NCBI GenBank assembly: GCA_045805065.1
Contig: JBJMMA010000144.1
Coordinates: 1 to 44,978 of the forward strand
Direction of reading: 5' to 3'
Length of the DNA: 44,978 bases
Source: Bdellovibrionia bacterium
Lineage (GTDB): Bacteria > Bdellovibrionota > UBA1018
Shown: positions 8,070 through 16,406 of the stretch, in pieces
How positions within the stretch are numbered: position 1 is the first letter of the stretch
Layout of the letters: each line of letters starts with the position of its first letter
Translations under genes and position numbers: made by a program
The notes under the pieces: generated by a model
The model's database searches: none
What the model was told of the DNA's origin: nothing
Seen by the model: the letters and a program-made list of their open reading frames with translations, nothing else

Positions 8070-11041
8070 AGATTGAAAAGTTGAGCATCCGATTCACGGT
8101 CGATGGCCAACCTGCATTAGCGGATGAAGACTCCCGCCTGATTGACTATCTGATCAGTCGACACGCTAAAGTTCCCCACGTTTGCTATCACTCACAGCTG
8201 GGCCCCATCGAGACCTGCGATACGTGCATGGTTGAAGTGGATGGGCAGCTCGTTCGAGCTTGCGCTACGAAGATCTCCAAAGGGATGACGGTTGAAACCA
8301 AATCCCAGCGCGCGGAATCGGCACAGCGTGAGGCCTTCAATCATATCATATCCAATCACCTGCTTTACTGCACCGTTTGTGACAATAACAACGGCGACTG
8401 CACTGTTCACAACAACGCAAAGGATCTGGGCATCGAGCATCAGGAAATCGAGTTCAGCCCCAAACCTTACGAAGTCGACACAAGCAACCCATTCTATCAA
8501 TATGATCCAGACCAGTGCGTTCTCTGCGGTCGCTGCGTGGAGGCCTGTCAGAACGTCGAAGTGAACGAAACGCTGACTATCAACTGGGAGGATCAGTATC
8601 CTCGCGTTCTCTGGGACGGCGGAAGACCTATCGGCGAATCAAGCTGCGTGTCGTGCGGCCATTGTGTCACGGTTTGCCCATGTAACGCCTTAATGGAGAA
8701 ATCGATGCTGGGAAAGGCAGGCTATCTCACTGCGCTTCCTGCCCCGATCCTCGACGGAATGATTGACGTGGTCAAGGCAGTTGAGCCTGATGCAGGACTC
8801 ACCCCGCTCTTCAAGCTGTCACAGGCTGAGTCCGATATGCGCGAGTCGCGCACCAAAAAGACAAAGACAGTCTGCGTGTACTGCGGGGTCGGCTGCAGTT
8901 TTGATATCTGGACCCGGGATCGTCACATTTTGAAAGTTGCGCCTTATGAAGGTCCGGTCAATGGCATCTCGACGTGCGTGAAAGGAAAGTTTGGCTGGGA
9001 TTACGTCAACTCCCCGGATCGCCTGACCACTCCTTTGATCCGTGATGGCGAAAACTTCCGCGAAGCCTCGTGGGATGAAGCTCTTACTTTGATCGCCAAA
9101 CGCTTCAATGAGATCAAAGCGCGACACGGAGCCGATGCCTTGGGCTTTGTTGCTTCCTCCAAGTGTACGAACGAAGAAGCCTACCTGATGCAAAAGCTCG
9201 CTCGCGCCGTCGTGGGAACTAACAATGTGGACAACTGCTCGCGCTACTGTCAGTCGCCCGCGACCAAGGGACTCACTCGCACCGTCGGGTACGCCGGTGA
9301 TTCGGGCACCATCGAAGATATGATGCAGGCGGACCTTGTCTTGATCGTCGGAAGCAACACGGCCGAAAGCCATCCCGTGATCGCGTCCCGAATCAAGGAA
9401 GCTCAAAAGTGCCGAGGACAAAAGATGATTGTCGTCGACATCAGAAAGCATGAAATGGCAGAGCGCGCTGACGTATTCATGCATGCAAAGCCTGGCACGG
9501 ACTCCATCTGGGCCTCCGCGATCGCTCGCTACATTCTGGATCAGGGACTCGAGAACAAGGAATTCCTCAGCCAATGGGTCAACGGACTGGATGACTACAA
9601 AAAGAGCCTTGAGCCATTCACTCTGCAGTTTGCGTCCGACATGTGCGGTGTGACCGTGGATGAGCTCAAGCGTATCGCTCACATGATCGTTGAGCATAAG
9701 AATGTCTGTCTTCTTTGGGCGATGGGTGTGACCCAGCATACGATGGGATCGGATACATCGTCTACGTTCTCAAACCTTCTTCTCATCACCGGCAACTACA
9801 TGCGGCCTGGAACGGGAGCGTATCCGCTTCGTGGTCATAATAACGTTCAAGGCACCGGAGACTTGGGCGCATCGCCTGATAAATTTCCAGGCTACCAGAA
9901 GGTCTCGGATGATGATGTGAGAAAACGTTTCGAAGAAGCCTGGGGAGTTAAACTCACCACGAACAAGGGTCTCGACAATCACGAAATGATTGATGCGATC
10001 CATAATGGGAAGCTCAGGGCGATGTATGTTTATGGCGAAGAGATCAACCTGGTCGAGTCCAACATCCATCATGTTGAAAAAGCACTCGAAAAGCTTGAGT
10101 TCTTTGTCGTCCAGGAAATCTTCTTCAATCAGACTTGCCGTCTCGCAGACGTGATTCTTCCTGCATGCCCAAGCCTTGAAAAAGAAGGCACGTTCACCAA
10201 TACAGAACGCAGAATTCAACGTCTGTATCAGGTCTTTGAGCCTTTGGAAGGAACCCGACCTGACTGGCGGATTATTCAGGATGTCGCCAATGCACTGGGC
10301 GCCGATTGGAACTATAAACATCCATCCGAAGTCTTTGATGAGGTCGCAAAGCTTGCCCCGATCTTTGCGGGCGTGAATTACGAGCGCCTCGAAGGTTATA
10401 AATCCCTGCATTGGCCAGTAGCCTGGGACGGCAAGGATGCGCCACTCCTTTATACCGATGGGTTTCCGTTTCCTGACAAAAAGGCAAAGCTCCATCCGAT
10501 CAAGGTTCGCATCCCGCAGGAGCAGGTGAACGAGGAATTCGATATTCACCTCAACAACGGTCGTCTGCTCGAGCACTTTCATGAAGGCGTGATGACTTAT
10601 CGCTCGTCAGGACTGAGAGAACTTGTCCCGGATACGTTTGTTGAGATTTCACCTCATCTTGCGGAGGAACGCGGGATCCAGGACGGCACAGTCATTAAGC
10701 TGATCTCTCGCTGGGGTGAACTGCAGGCTCGTGCGTTGGTCACTCACCGCGTGACCGATAACGAGATCTACATGCCAGTCAATTCCACAACAGCTCGCGT
10801 GAATCTTCTTACGGGCGCTCACACGGATGACGTGACTCATACTCCGGCATACAAGGAAAACTCCGTGCGAATCGAAGTCCTGCCTCTTATTGAGGGCACG
10901 CCACTACCTAGAACCAATCATCGCTACGGGCATCGCACTCCACAGAAAGGCGTTGAGGTGGAACGCAAATGGAATCGCCCTGATTATCAGGCTCCACAGG
11001 GAGCGCCACTTCCACCACAAGCCGAAGTGAAGGGAGCATAA
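8066..11041 (+). CDS. fdhF: formate dehydrogenase alpha subunit, YjgC/YrhE type, with N-terminal Fe-S modules
   Basis: 2Fe-2S motif, HxxxCxxC, two CxxCxxCxxxC motifs, CVYCGVGC, Cys-type NCSRYCQ, RGHNNVQG and GTFTNTERRIQ; ATGA overlap with fdhD. Confidence 0.93.
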   Translation: MKIEKLSIRFTVDGQPALADEDSRLIDYLISRHAKVPHVCYHSQLGPIETCDTCMVEVDGQLVRACATKISKGMTVETKSQRAESAQREAFNHIISNHLLYCTVCDNNNGDCTVHNNAKDLGIEHQEIEFSPKPYEVDTSNPFYQYDPDQCVLCGRCVEACQNVEVNETLTINWEDQYPRVLWDGGRPIGESSCVSCGHCVTVCPCNALMEKSMLGKAGYLTALPAPILDGMIDVVKAVEPDAGLTPLFKLSQAESDMRESRTKKTKTVCVYCGVGCSFDIWTRDRHILKVAPYEGPVNGISTCVKGKFGWDYVNSPDRLTTPLIRDGENFREASWDEALTLIAKRFNEIKARHGADALGFVASSKCTNEEAYLMQKLARAVVGTNNVDNCSRYCQSPATKGLTRTVGYAGDSGTIEDMMQADLVLIVGSNTAESHPVIASRIKEAQKCRGQKMIVVDIRKHEMAERADVFMHAKPGTDSIWASAIARYILDQGLENKEFLSQWVNGLDDYKKSLEPFTLQFASDMCGVTVDELKRIAHMIVEHKNVCLLWAMGVTQHTMGSDTSSTFSNLLLITGNYMRPGTGAYPLRGHNNVQGTGDLGASPDKFPGYQKVSDDDVRKRFEEAWGVKLTTNKGLDNHEMIDAIHNGKLRAMYVYGEEINLVESNIHHVEKALEKLEFFVVQEIFFNQTCRLADVILPACPSLEKEGTFTNTERRIQRLYQVFEPLEGTRPDWRIIQDVANALGADWNYKHPSEVFDEVAKLAPIFAGVNYERLEGYKSLHWPVAWDGKDAPLLYTDGFPFPDKKAKLHPIKVRIPQEQVNEEFDIHLNNGRLLEHFHEGVMTYRSSGLRELVPDTFVEISPHLAEERGIQDGTVIKLISRWGELQARALVTHRVTDNEIYMPVNSTTARVNLLTGAHTDDVTHTPAYKENSVRIEVLPLIEGTPLPRTNHRYGHRTPQKGVEVERKWNRPDYQAPQGAPLPPQAEVKGA

Positions 11042-11044
11042 GCC

Positions 11045-11587
11045 ATGGCAAAGCCAATTCCATACAAACCAGCGCCTCACGATCCTCGTGAAGCACTCAT
11101 TCTGAAACTTCAAGATGCGCCGAAAGAGCACGCGGAAGCTTTACTGGATGGTTATGAAATCCTTCAGCTCCTCAGAGACAAGGGCATTCTTGAAATCACA
11201 AAAGGCGCACTGGGATCTGGAGACAAGCTTCTCGATCTATTGACCAAGACTTTGGAAACGCAAGAAGCCATCAGTCTGCTTCGCAACTTGGTGGTGATTG
11301 GCAAGCTCATCGGCGGGCTCAACCCTGAGGTTCTTGAAGGCATCGAGCAAACCATCTCGACTCAAATCGATCGCTCGCGCGCTCAAAGACCGCCAGGGCT
11401 GATCAGTTTGTTTTTCAAACTCATGCAACCGGATAATCGACGCTTCTTTGGAGCTGCGCTATCGATTGCCGCAGTCCTGGGGAGAAATCTTTACAAGGCA
11501 AAAGAGCCGGGGCTTCGTGGAGAAAAACGCCAGATGGTCACCCGGCGCATGGTGGCACTCGTTCCTAACGATCCCCGTATGCCGTAA
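11045..11587 (+). CDS. DUF1641 / YjgD-like helical protein
   Basis: MAKPI start, helical LQLLRDKGIL and PPGLISL segments; sits directly after a YjgC-type FDH. Confidence 0.8.
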   Translation: MAKPIPYKPAPHDPREALILKLQDAPKEHAEALLDGYEILQLLRDKGILEITKGALGSGDKLLDLLTKTLETQEAISLLRNLVVIGKLIGGLNPEVLEGIEQTISTQIDRSRAQRPPGLISLFFKLMQPDNRRFFGAALSIAAVLGRNLYKAKEPGLRGEKRQMVTRRMVALVPNDPRMP

Positions 11588-11684
11588 GATGAATTAGCCT
11601 TAAAATGCATTAGACGAAGTCAAAATCGTGACATCTTCCCTTTCTTTCAGGAGCGTTTATCCTGAATGCAAAGAGAGGTGTCTT

Positions 11685-12224
11685 ATGATCAGCGCAATCA
11701 AAAAGATAAAGTCACACTTGTCTGTACTCCCTGCCGTTGCTGCGGCAACCTTTGCTCTATTTGCGGTCTCAACGCCTGCGCAAGCCGGTACCGAGCTCAA
11801 CGTCATTGGCGGCGTGAGTTTTCTTGGAGGCGCCGCTCACAATGGTCTCAGCACGCTGAGCCCGCTTGTGGGTGGAAGTCTCCTCTTCGGCGTGGCCCCC
11901 TTGATTTCGATTGGCCCAGTCTATGAGTACAATTTTGTCTATAACCATGGAAGCACGGGCCATCGCAGCTACTATGGTGCTTTAGCTCGTGTCAACGTGG
12001 GCAATGTCATTTTCGTCGACGGAACTCTTGGCGCCACAGCCATCAACTATGGAGTCGGATCGACTTCAGACCTTGCCTTCAGCGGTGGAGCAGATGTCGG
12101 GATTCACATGCTGCCTTTCATCTACCCTTTTGTCGGCTATCGCTATACGCCTACCAAAGGCGGAGCCTCCAGCACGGATGGCAACACGATCGATGTTGGC
12201 GTCATGTTCTCGATTGGCAATTAA
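11685..12224 (+). CDS. small outer-membrane beta-barrel protein
   Basis: GAGGTG RBS; signal peptide ending in AQA; about eight amphipathic strands; C-terminal GVMFSIGN. Confidence 0.75.
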   Translation: MISAIKKIKSHLSVLPAVAAATFALFAVSTPAQAGTELNVIGGVSFLGGAAHNGLSTLSPLVGGSLLFGVAPLISIGPVYEYNFVYNHGSTGHRSYYGALARVNVGNVIFVDGTLGATAINYGVGSTSDLAFSGGADVGIHMLPFIYPFVGYRYTPTKGGASSTDGNTIDVGVMFSIGN

Positions 12225-12238
12225 TGGATCAAAACGGG

Positions 12239-12263
12239 TTCCCTGAGCCGCTCGCTCAGGGAA
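12239..12263 (+). terminator. hairpin, probable terminator
   Basis: TTCCCTGAGC-N5-GCTCAGGGAA with a weak T tract. Confidence 0.55.
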
Positions 12264-12330
12264 ACTTGCTTTAGTTACATAATCTTCGTTTATCTTTTCC
12301 CGGTGTCCTGCTCTTATCTGAGGACACGCC

Positions 12331-13068
12331 ATGAAGTTTGATTTATTGAAAGCCGCCCTGGGTGGATGTCTCGCGCTTCTGATGACGAACGGGACTGCCG
12401 ATGCCTCATCCAATTTCGTCCTTCAGCCTCAGGTTAGGACTGATTTCCCGATCTGGGTCGGAGCCGGCGCCGATATCACTCTTTTTCAGCATCTCTCGTT
12501 TTTCGGGGGATACGGATACATGCCACGGCCCTACTCCAAGGTGGTCGGGAAGCTGGTCAACTCTTTCGTCAACGACTCGATGTACGGAGATCTGACCCGC
12601 CAGGTCCTGTCTTCCAATCGCGTCTTTCATGGTGAGCTCAGTTTCAAATTCGCCGATGCGGATGAAGGCTGGCGCTTCGGCATTGGGGCTTATCGTGTGC
12701 GCACCGGCGGAGAGAGCAACGTCATTGATCTCGTTGAGGGAGCCACTCACCTCGATCTGAGCTCGCTGAAAAATCTTCTCGCTCAGACCGGAAACACGAT
12801 GTCGCTTCGGGCAAATCTTGATCTCTGGATGTTCGATATCCACGGCGGTTACACCTGGAAGCTCAGTGACCATTGGAGCATTCTCAGTGGCCTGGGCGTC
12901 GCAAAAGTCGCATCCACGAAGATGAGGCTTTCCTCCAGCTCCTCGGATGTAGATTCCGTAGAGGCGATCCAAAGTCTCTACTCTGCGGCAGAGTCCCAGG
13001 TCCGATCGACTTTGCGTCAATACGGATACGTCCCTTTTGTGACACTCGGGGTCCAGTTCCGGCTTTAA
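12331..13068 (+). CDS. hypothetical exported protein, probably a beta-barrel with helical insertions
   Basis: GAGGA RBS; signal peptide; C-terminal PFVTLGVQFRL beta-signal-like strand. Confidence 0.7.
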   Translation: MKFDLLKAALGGCLALLMTNGTADASSNFVLQPQVRTDFPIWVGAGADITLFQHLSFFGGYGYMPRPYSKVVGKLVNSFVNDSMYGDLTRQVLSSNRVFHGELSFKFADADEGWRFGIGAYRVRTGGESNVIDLVEGATHLDLSSLKNLLAQTGNTMSLRANLDLWMFDIHGGYTWKLSDHWSILSGLGVAKVASTKMRLSSSSSDVDSVEAIQSLYSAAESQVRSTLRQYGYVPFVTLGVQFRL

Positions 13069-13517
13069 GTTTCAGGCAATTTCACTTCGCCATCATGCTT
13101 GAACGGAAACTCATGGCCGTGAGTTGTGATCGAGCCGACGATGTTGTAATTCGCGCCCTTGTTTTTCACGAGATCCGAGAAGCGACTGTAAAGGTCCCAA
13201 TATCTGATTCGAAGCGGAACACTGATTTCGGTCTCCCCGTTTGCATCAACACTTGCGCTGTCATTCAGGGTTCCCGAGGCAAAAGGTTTCCCTTCCAGAT
13301 TTAGTCCGTACTTGATTGAATCCATCTTCAAGCCAAATGAATTGGGATTTCTGACCGCAAGCTTCACGATGACCGTGGCGTCTGTCAACGTAGCTTTATC
13401 GACATCCAGGGATTGAACAGCCACATCCGGTGCCTGAACGTTTTTAGGGATCGAGCTGCAACCCAGTTGCGTCATGACAAGAGCGCTTAAACTTAGGACA
13501 ATAAATTTTGTTTTCAT
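13065..13517 (-). CDS. LEA type 2 (WHy domain) lipoprotein
   Basis: Lipobox LGC; VRNPNSFGL motif typical of LEA_2. Confidence 0.88.
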   Translation of the reverse strand: MKTKFIVLSLSALVMTQLGCSSIPKNVQAPDVAVQSLDVDKATLTDATVIVKLAVRNPNSFGLKMDSIKYGLNLEGKPFASGTLNDSASVDANGETEISVPLRIRYWDLYSRFSDLVKNKGANYNIVGSITTHGHEFPFKHDGEVKLPET

Positions 13518-13569
13518 AGGTTGCCTGCTTTGCTGCTGAAATTAAATGAGCTGAATAAGCAGCAATAGA

Positions 13570-13585
13570 AGCAAATAGCGTTCCT
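13570..13585 (-). promoter_or_regulatory. sigma54-like element upstream of the LEA gene
   Basis: AGGAACGCTATTTGCT on the minus strand. Confidence 0.55.
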
Positions 13586-13590
13586 GCGGG

Positions 13591-13998
13591 TTAAGCAGTC
13601 ATACTGGCCGCGCAGATCATCCCAAGACCAATGGAGAGCGCAGCCGAAAGTACGCCTTCGGCAAGGATGTTCTTTTGGATACTCTCCACAAAGTTTGGAA
13701 AGATCTTTCTCATAACCCAGTAGCTCAGGCATTGAACAATGATTGCCAGAGTTCCCCACACCACAAACTCAAGAACGGACTCAGCTTGCTCTACGGCTTT
13801 CGAGAGCGGAATGATGAATCCCAAAAGTGCTCCAGAAAAGCTTAGCGCAGCCGCCGTATTGCCCGAGCGGATCAGCTTGATTTCCGGATAGGGAGTAACC
13901 CAAAGATAGATTGCAGAAAAAATGAAGAGATAGACAATCGCGATTCCGAAAAATATGGCAAAGTAAATCACTCCACCCCAATCAATCTCAGTCAGCAT
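13591..13998 (-). CDS. DUF350 / YjfL-like membrane protein
   Basis: Four TM segments; TPYPEIKLIRSGNTAAA motif. Confidence 0.9.
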   Translation of the reverse strand: MLTEIDWGGVIYFAIFFGIAIVYLFIFSAIYLWVTPYPEIKLIRSGNTAAALSFSGALLGFIIPLSKAVEQAESVLEFVVWGTLAIIVQCLSYWVMRKIFPNFVESIQKNILAEGVLSAALSIGLGMICAASMTA

Positions 13999-14018
13999 TT
14001 TTCAGTCCTTTGTTTCGT

Positions 14019-15152
14019 TTAAGGCGTAAATGTATGAGGAATAAACCGGCTCATGTTCTGAGTAATGGGTGATGAATCTTCTCTCAGGCCTAACCCACAG
14101 GCTTCTTCACCCACAACCCAGCTCCCGAGCACGACGTATTCGTTCTCAAACCTGGGCAGCTCCTGATACTGCTGATACACCTTGCCTCCGCCATCGTAAG
14201 GTCCTTCTGTTTCAATCTGCACCTGACGATCCGGACCAAGGACTCGCACGTTTGCCCCTTCGCGCGACAAAAACGGCTTTTCAATCCATCGGCCAGATCC
14301 CGTACCCGGATGCGAAAAGTAGCACGGAAGGAGGTTTGGATGATCAGGAAAGAGCTCCCAGAGGATTGCAAGCATCCCTTTATTGCTGAGCAATCTCTTC
14401 CAGGCTGGTTCGATGAACCGTATAGAGCCATCGCGGACATGAGGGGCAAAGAGCTCTTCCAAGATCCATTCCCAAGGATAGAGCTTGAAAGCTTGCTCAA
14501 TGGGTTGCTCATCGAGATCCAGAAACCGGGACAGTGAGTTATTCCAGCCGATGTTTTCAATTCCGATAAACTTCGTTTCAAATCCAGCCTGCATCGCCGT
14601 ATCTCTCAGATACTCAGTCTGAGTAAAATCCTCGACGTCATTGAAGCAAGTGAAGTAAAGCGGCTTCCTCTTGTTTGCGACCTTTGGCCATCGCGCGATC
14701 AGCTTTTCATGGATGGAGTTGTACTGATCATGATGAGGAAACACGTCTTTCATCCACTGCCATTGAATGACTGCGGCCTCAAAAAGAGAGGTTGGCGTAT
14801 CCGCATTAAACTCAAGCAGCTTGGGCTTCCCCTTGAAGTCCCAGGTCAGATCCATCCGACCGTAGATCGAAAGATGATCATCATTCCAGGAGCGCTCGAT
14901 CAGAGAAACATCTCGCTCCGAAACTCCCAGTCTCTCATACCATCCCCTCTCAATGACGACCTCGCACGCTTTTGCGCAAAGCTCGAGAAGCTCATTGGTG
15001 GAGGCTTCAATGACATCCACTTCGGCAAGTGTCAGCTCATAGCGCTTGGACTCGTCCCAATAAGGCTTGCCCTCAGGGGTATGATAAACGAAGCCAGCCT
15101 CTTCAAGAGTCTTCTGCCAGTTCTTGCGCGGTGAACTTGGTAAGCGCTTCAT
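14019..15152 (-). CDS. glutathionylspermidine synthase-like ATP-grasp ligase, YgiC/YjfC family
   Basis: YWDES, YGRMDL, LLEFNADTPTSL, FKLYPWEW, EPAWK and SREGAN motifs. Confidence 0.95.
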   Translation of the reverse strand: MKRLPSSPRKNWQKTLEEAGFVYHTPEGKPYWDESKRYELTLAEVDVIEASTNELLELCAKACEVVIERGWYERLGVSERDVSLIERSWNDDHLSIYGRMDLTWDFKGKPKLLEFNADTPTSLFEAAVIQWQWMKDVFPHHDQYNSIHEKLIARWPKVANKRKPLYFTCFNDVEDFTQTEYLRDTAMQAGFETKFIGIENIGWNNSLSRFLDLDEQPIEQAFKLYPWEWILEELFAPHVRDGSIRFIEPAWKRLLSNKGMLAILWELFPDHPNLLPCYFSHPGTGSGRWIEKPFLSREGANVRVLGPDRQVQIETEGPYDGGGKVYQQYQELPRFENEYVVLGSWVVGEEACGLGLREDSSPITQNMSRFIPHTFTP

Positions 15153-15155
15153 GGA

Positions 15156-15464
15156 TTATCCCAGTCCCATGTGAAAGCTATGCGCCATAGAGCCAAAGCC
15201 ACCGCGAAAAGTCGTCCCGATAGAGCGACCGATCCCGCTCGATGTGCGCCGGTAGTATCGGCTAGGGAAATAGGGCTTCCCAACAACCGGACACGAAGTA
15301 TCCGGCCCGGTATGGCAATCTAGCGCTGGCCAGTCTTTTCTGCAATCCTCATAGGTCTGATAGCAATCCCGCCGCTGCTCAGACAACATCAGCAACGGAG
15401 AAAGCGACGCTGCAACGACGGTAGCTATGACGATGGCTGACGACTTTTTCTGATCTTCTTCCAC
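15156..15464 (-). CDS. small membrane-anchored protein, YgiB/DUF1190-like
   Basis: One TM segment; YxxxxDC Cys motif; RGGFG C-terminal motif; precedes the ygiC-like gene; GTG start. Confidence 0.7.
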   Translation of the reverse strand: MEEDQKKSSAIVIATVVAASLSPLLMLSEQRRDCYQTYEDCRKDWPALDCHTGPDTSCPVVGKPYFPSRYYRRTSSGIGRSIGTTFRGGFGSMAHSFHMGLG

Positions 15465-15513
15465 GTTGAATCAATGCTCGCTTACAACTGCGCACTCTTC
15501 AACCGTAAATACA

Positions 15514-15555
15514 AAAATAAGCCCCCGAACCTAAACGAGTTCGGAGGCTTATTTT
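15514..15555. terminator. rho-independent terminator, potentially bidirectional
   Basis: AAAATAAGCCCCCGAAC-N8-GTTCGGAGGCTTATTTT. Confidence 0.85.
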
Positions 15556-15592
15556 CTAGATTAGGGGATCTAGAAATTGGGGGATCAAAGGA

Positions 15593-16243
15593 TCAGTAAC
15601 GAAGCGTCAGTCCGCCCAGGACTTGGAAGCCACGAGACTTGACGGTGACGTCGTTGTTGGAGCTGATGTCGGTGAGACCGAAGACGTAACGACCTTCAGC
15701 TTCAATAGCGAAGTTCTCGATAAGGTCGAGGCGCAAGCCTGCACCAGCGACGCCGGCCACGTTCATCGTATGAGAGCTATCATTGAAAGTCGTCGTCGTT
15801 CCCAATGCCGTCGTGTCGTCACTCAAATGAAATCCGAACTGCGGGCCGATCTCAACGAATGGCTGAATCGGGCTTGGAAGAATTGCGACCTTAAAGAGCA
15901 CCGGTACTTCAATGAACTTGTGCGAGACATCGGCTACGTTTGCGACACTGTATTTGTGAACGCTGTAGTTGATTTCAGGGCGGATCATGAACTGGCTGCT
16001 GCCAAATTCAAAGTGCACGCCGAGCAATGCTCCAGTCTCGCCATTATTGTTGGCGTTGATGGTGGACGAGACGTTCTGGTCCACCTTGAGGTCGTTGAGA
16101 TTAACGCCTCCATGAATACCGATTCCAAAGCTGCCAACATCATCTTGACTCGTCGTATCTGCCGCGAAAACCGGTGACGCGGAGAACAGTCCCAGTGCGG
16201 CAAGCACTGCACAAAACATAGATGGAATATGAAGGTCTTTCAT
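15593..16243 (-). CDS. outer-membrane beta-barrel protein, PorT/OMP_b-brl_2-like
   Basis: Signal peptide ending in VFA; RPEINYS, IEVPVL, GPQFG and EGRYVFGL motifs; C-terminal Tyr. Confidence 0.85.
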   Translation of the reverse strand: MKDLHIPSMFCAVLAALGLFSASPVFAADTTSQDDVGSFGIGIHGGVNLNDLKVDQNVSSTINANNNGETGALLGVHFEFGSSQFMIRPEINYSVHKYSVANVADVSHKFIEVPVLFKVAILPSPIQPFVEIGPQFGFHLSDDTTALGTTTTFNDSSHTMNVAGVAGAGLRLDLIENFAIEAEGRYVFGLTDISSNNDVTVKSRGFQVLGGLTLRY

Positions 16244-16322
16244 CGCTTGCTCCCCTGCCCTAGTGGCATGATCATAAGTTGCTGACAAGTGAACGCGAAT
16301 GCGTCTTAGATACATCAGGACA

Positions 16323-16338
16323 AGCAAGCGGCATTCCA
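16323..16338 (-). promoter_or_regulatory. sigma54-like element upstream of the barrel gene
   Basis: TGGAATGCCGCTTGCT on the minus strand. Confidence 0.6.
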
Positions 16339-16351
16339 AAGTGCGAAAAGC

Positions 16352-16383
16352 AAAAAGGGCTGCCCTTTTGAGGCAGCCCTTTT
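16352..16383. terminator. rho-independent terminator
   Basis: AAAAAGGGCTGCC-loop-GGCAGCCCTTTT. Confidence 0.88.
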
Positions 16384-16406
16384 ATCAGGAGTGGTTCGGC
16401 AATGGA

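Noticed and set aside
8192..10840. Long antisense ORFs within the FDH gene, and similar ones within the MCP and menB genes
   Set aside because: Codon-bias shadows with no motifs or RBS
8066..11041. Selenocysteine in the FDH
   Set aside because: The ORF is uninterrupted and has Cys at the ligand position
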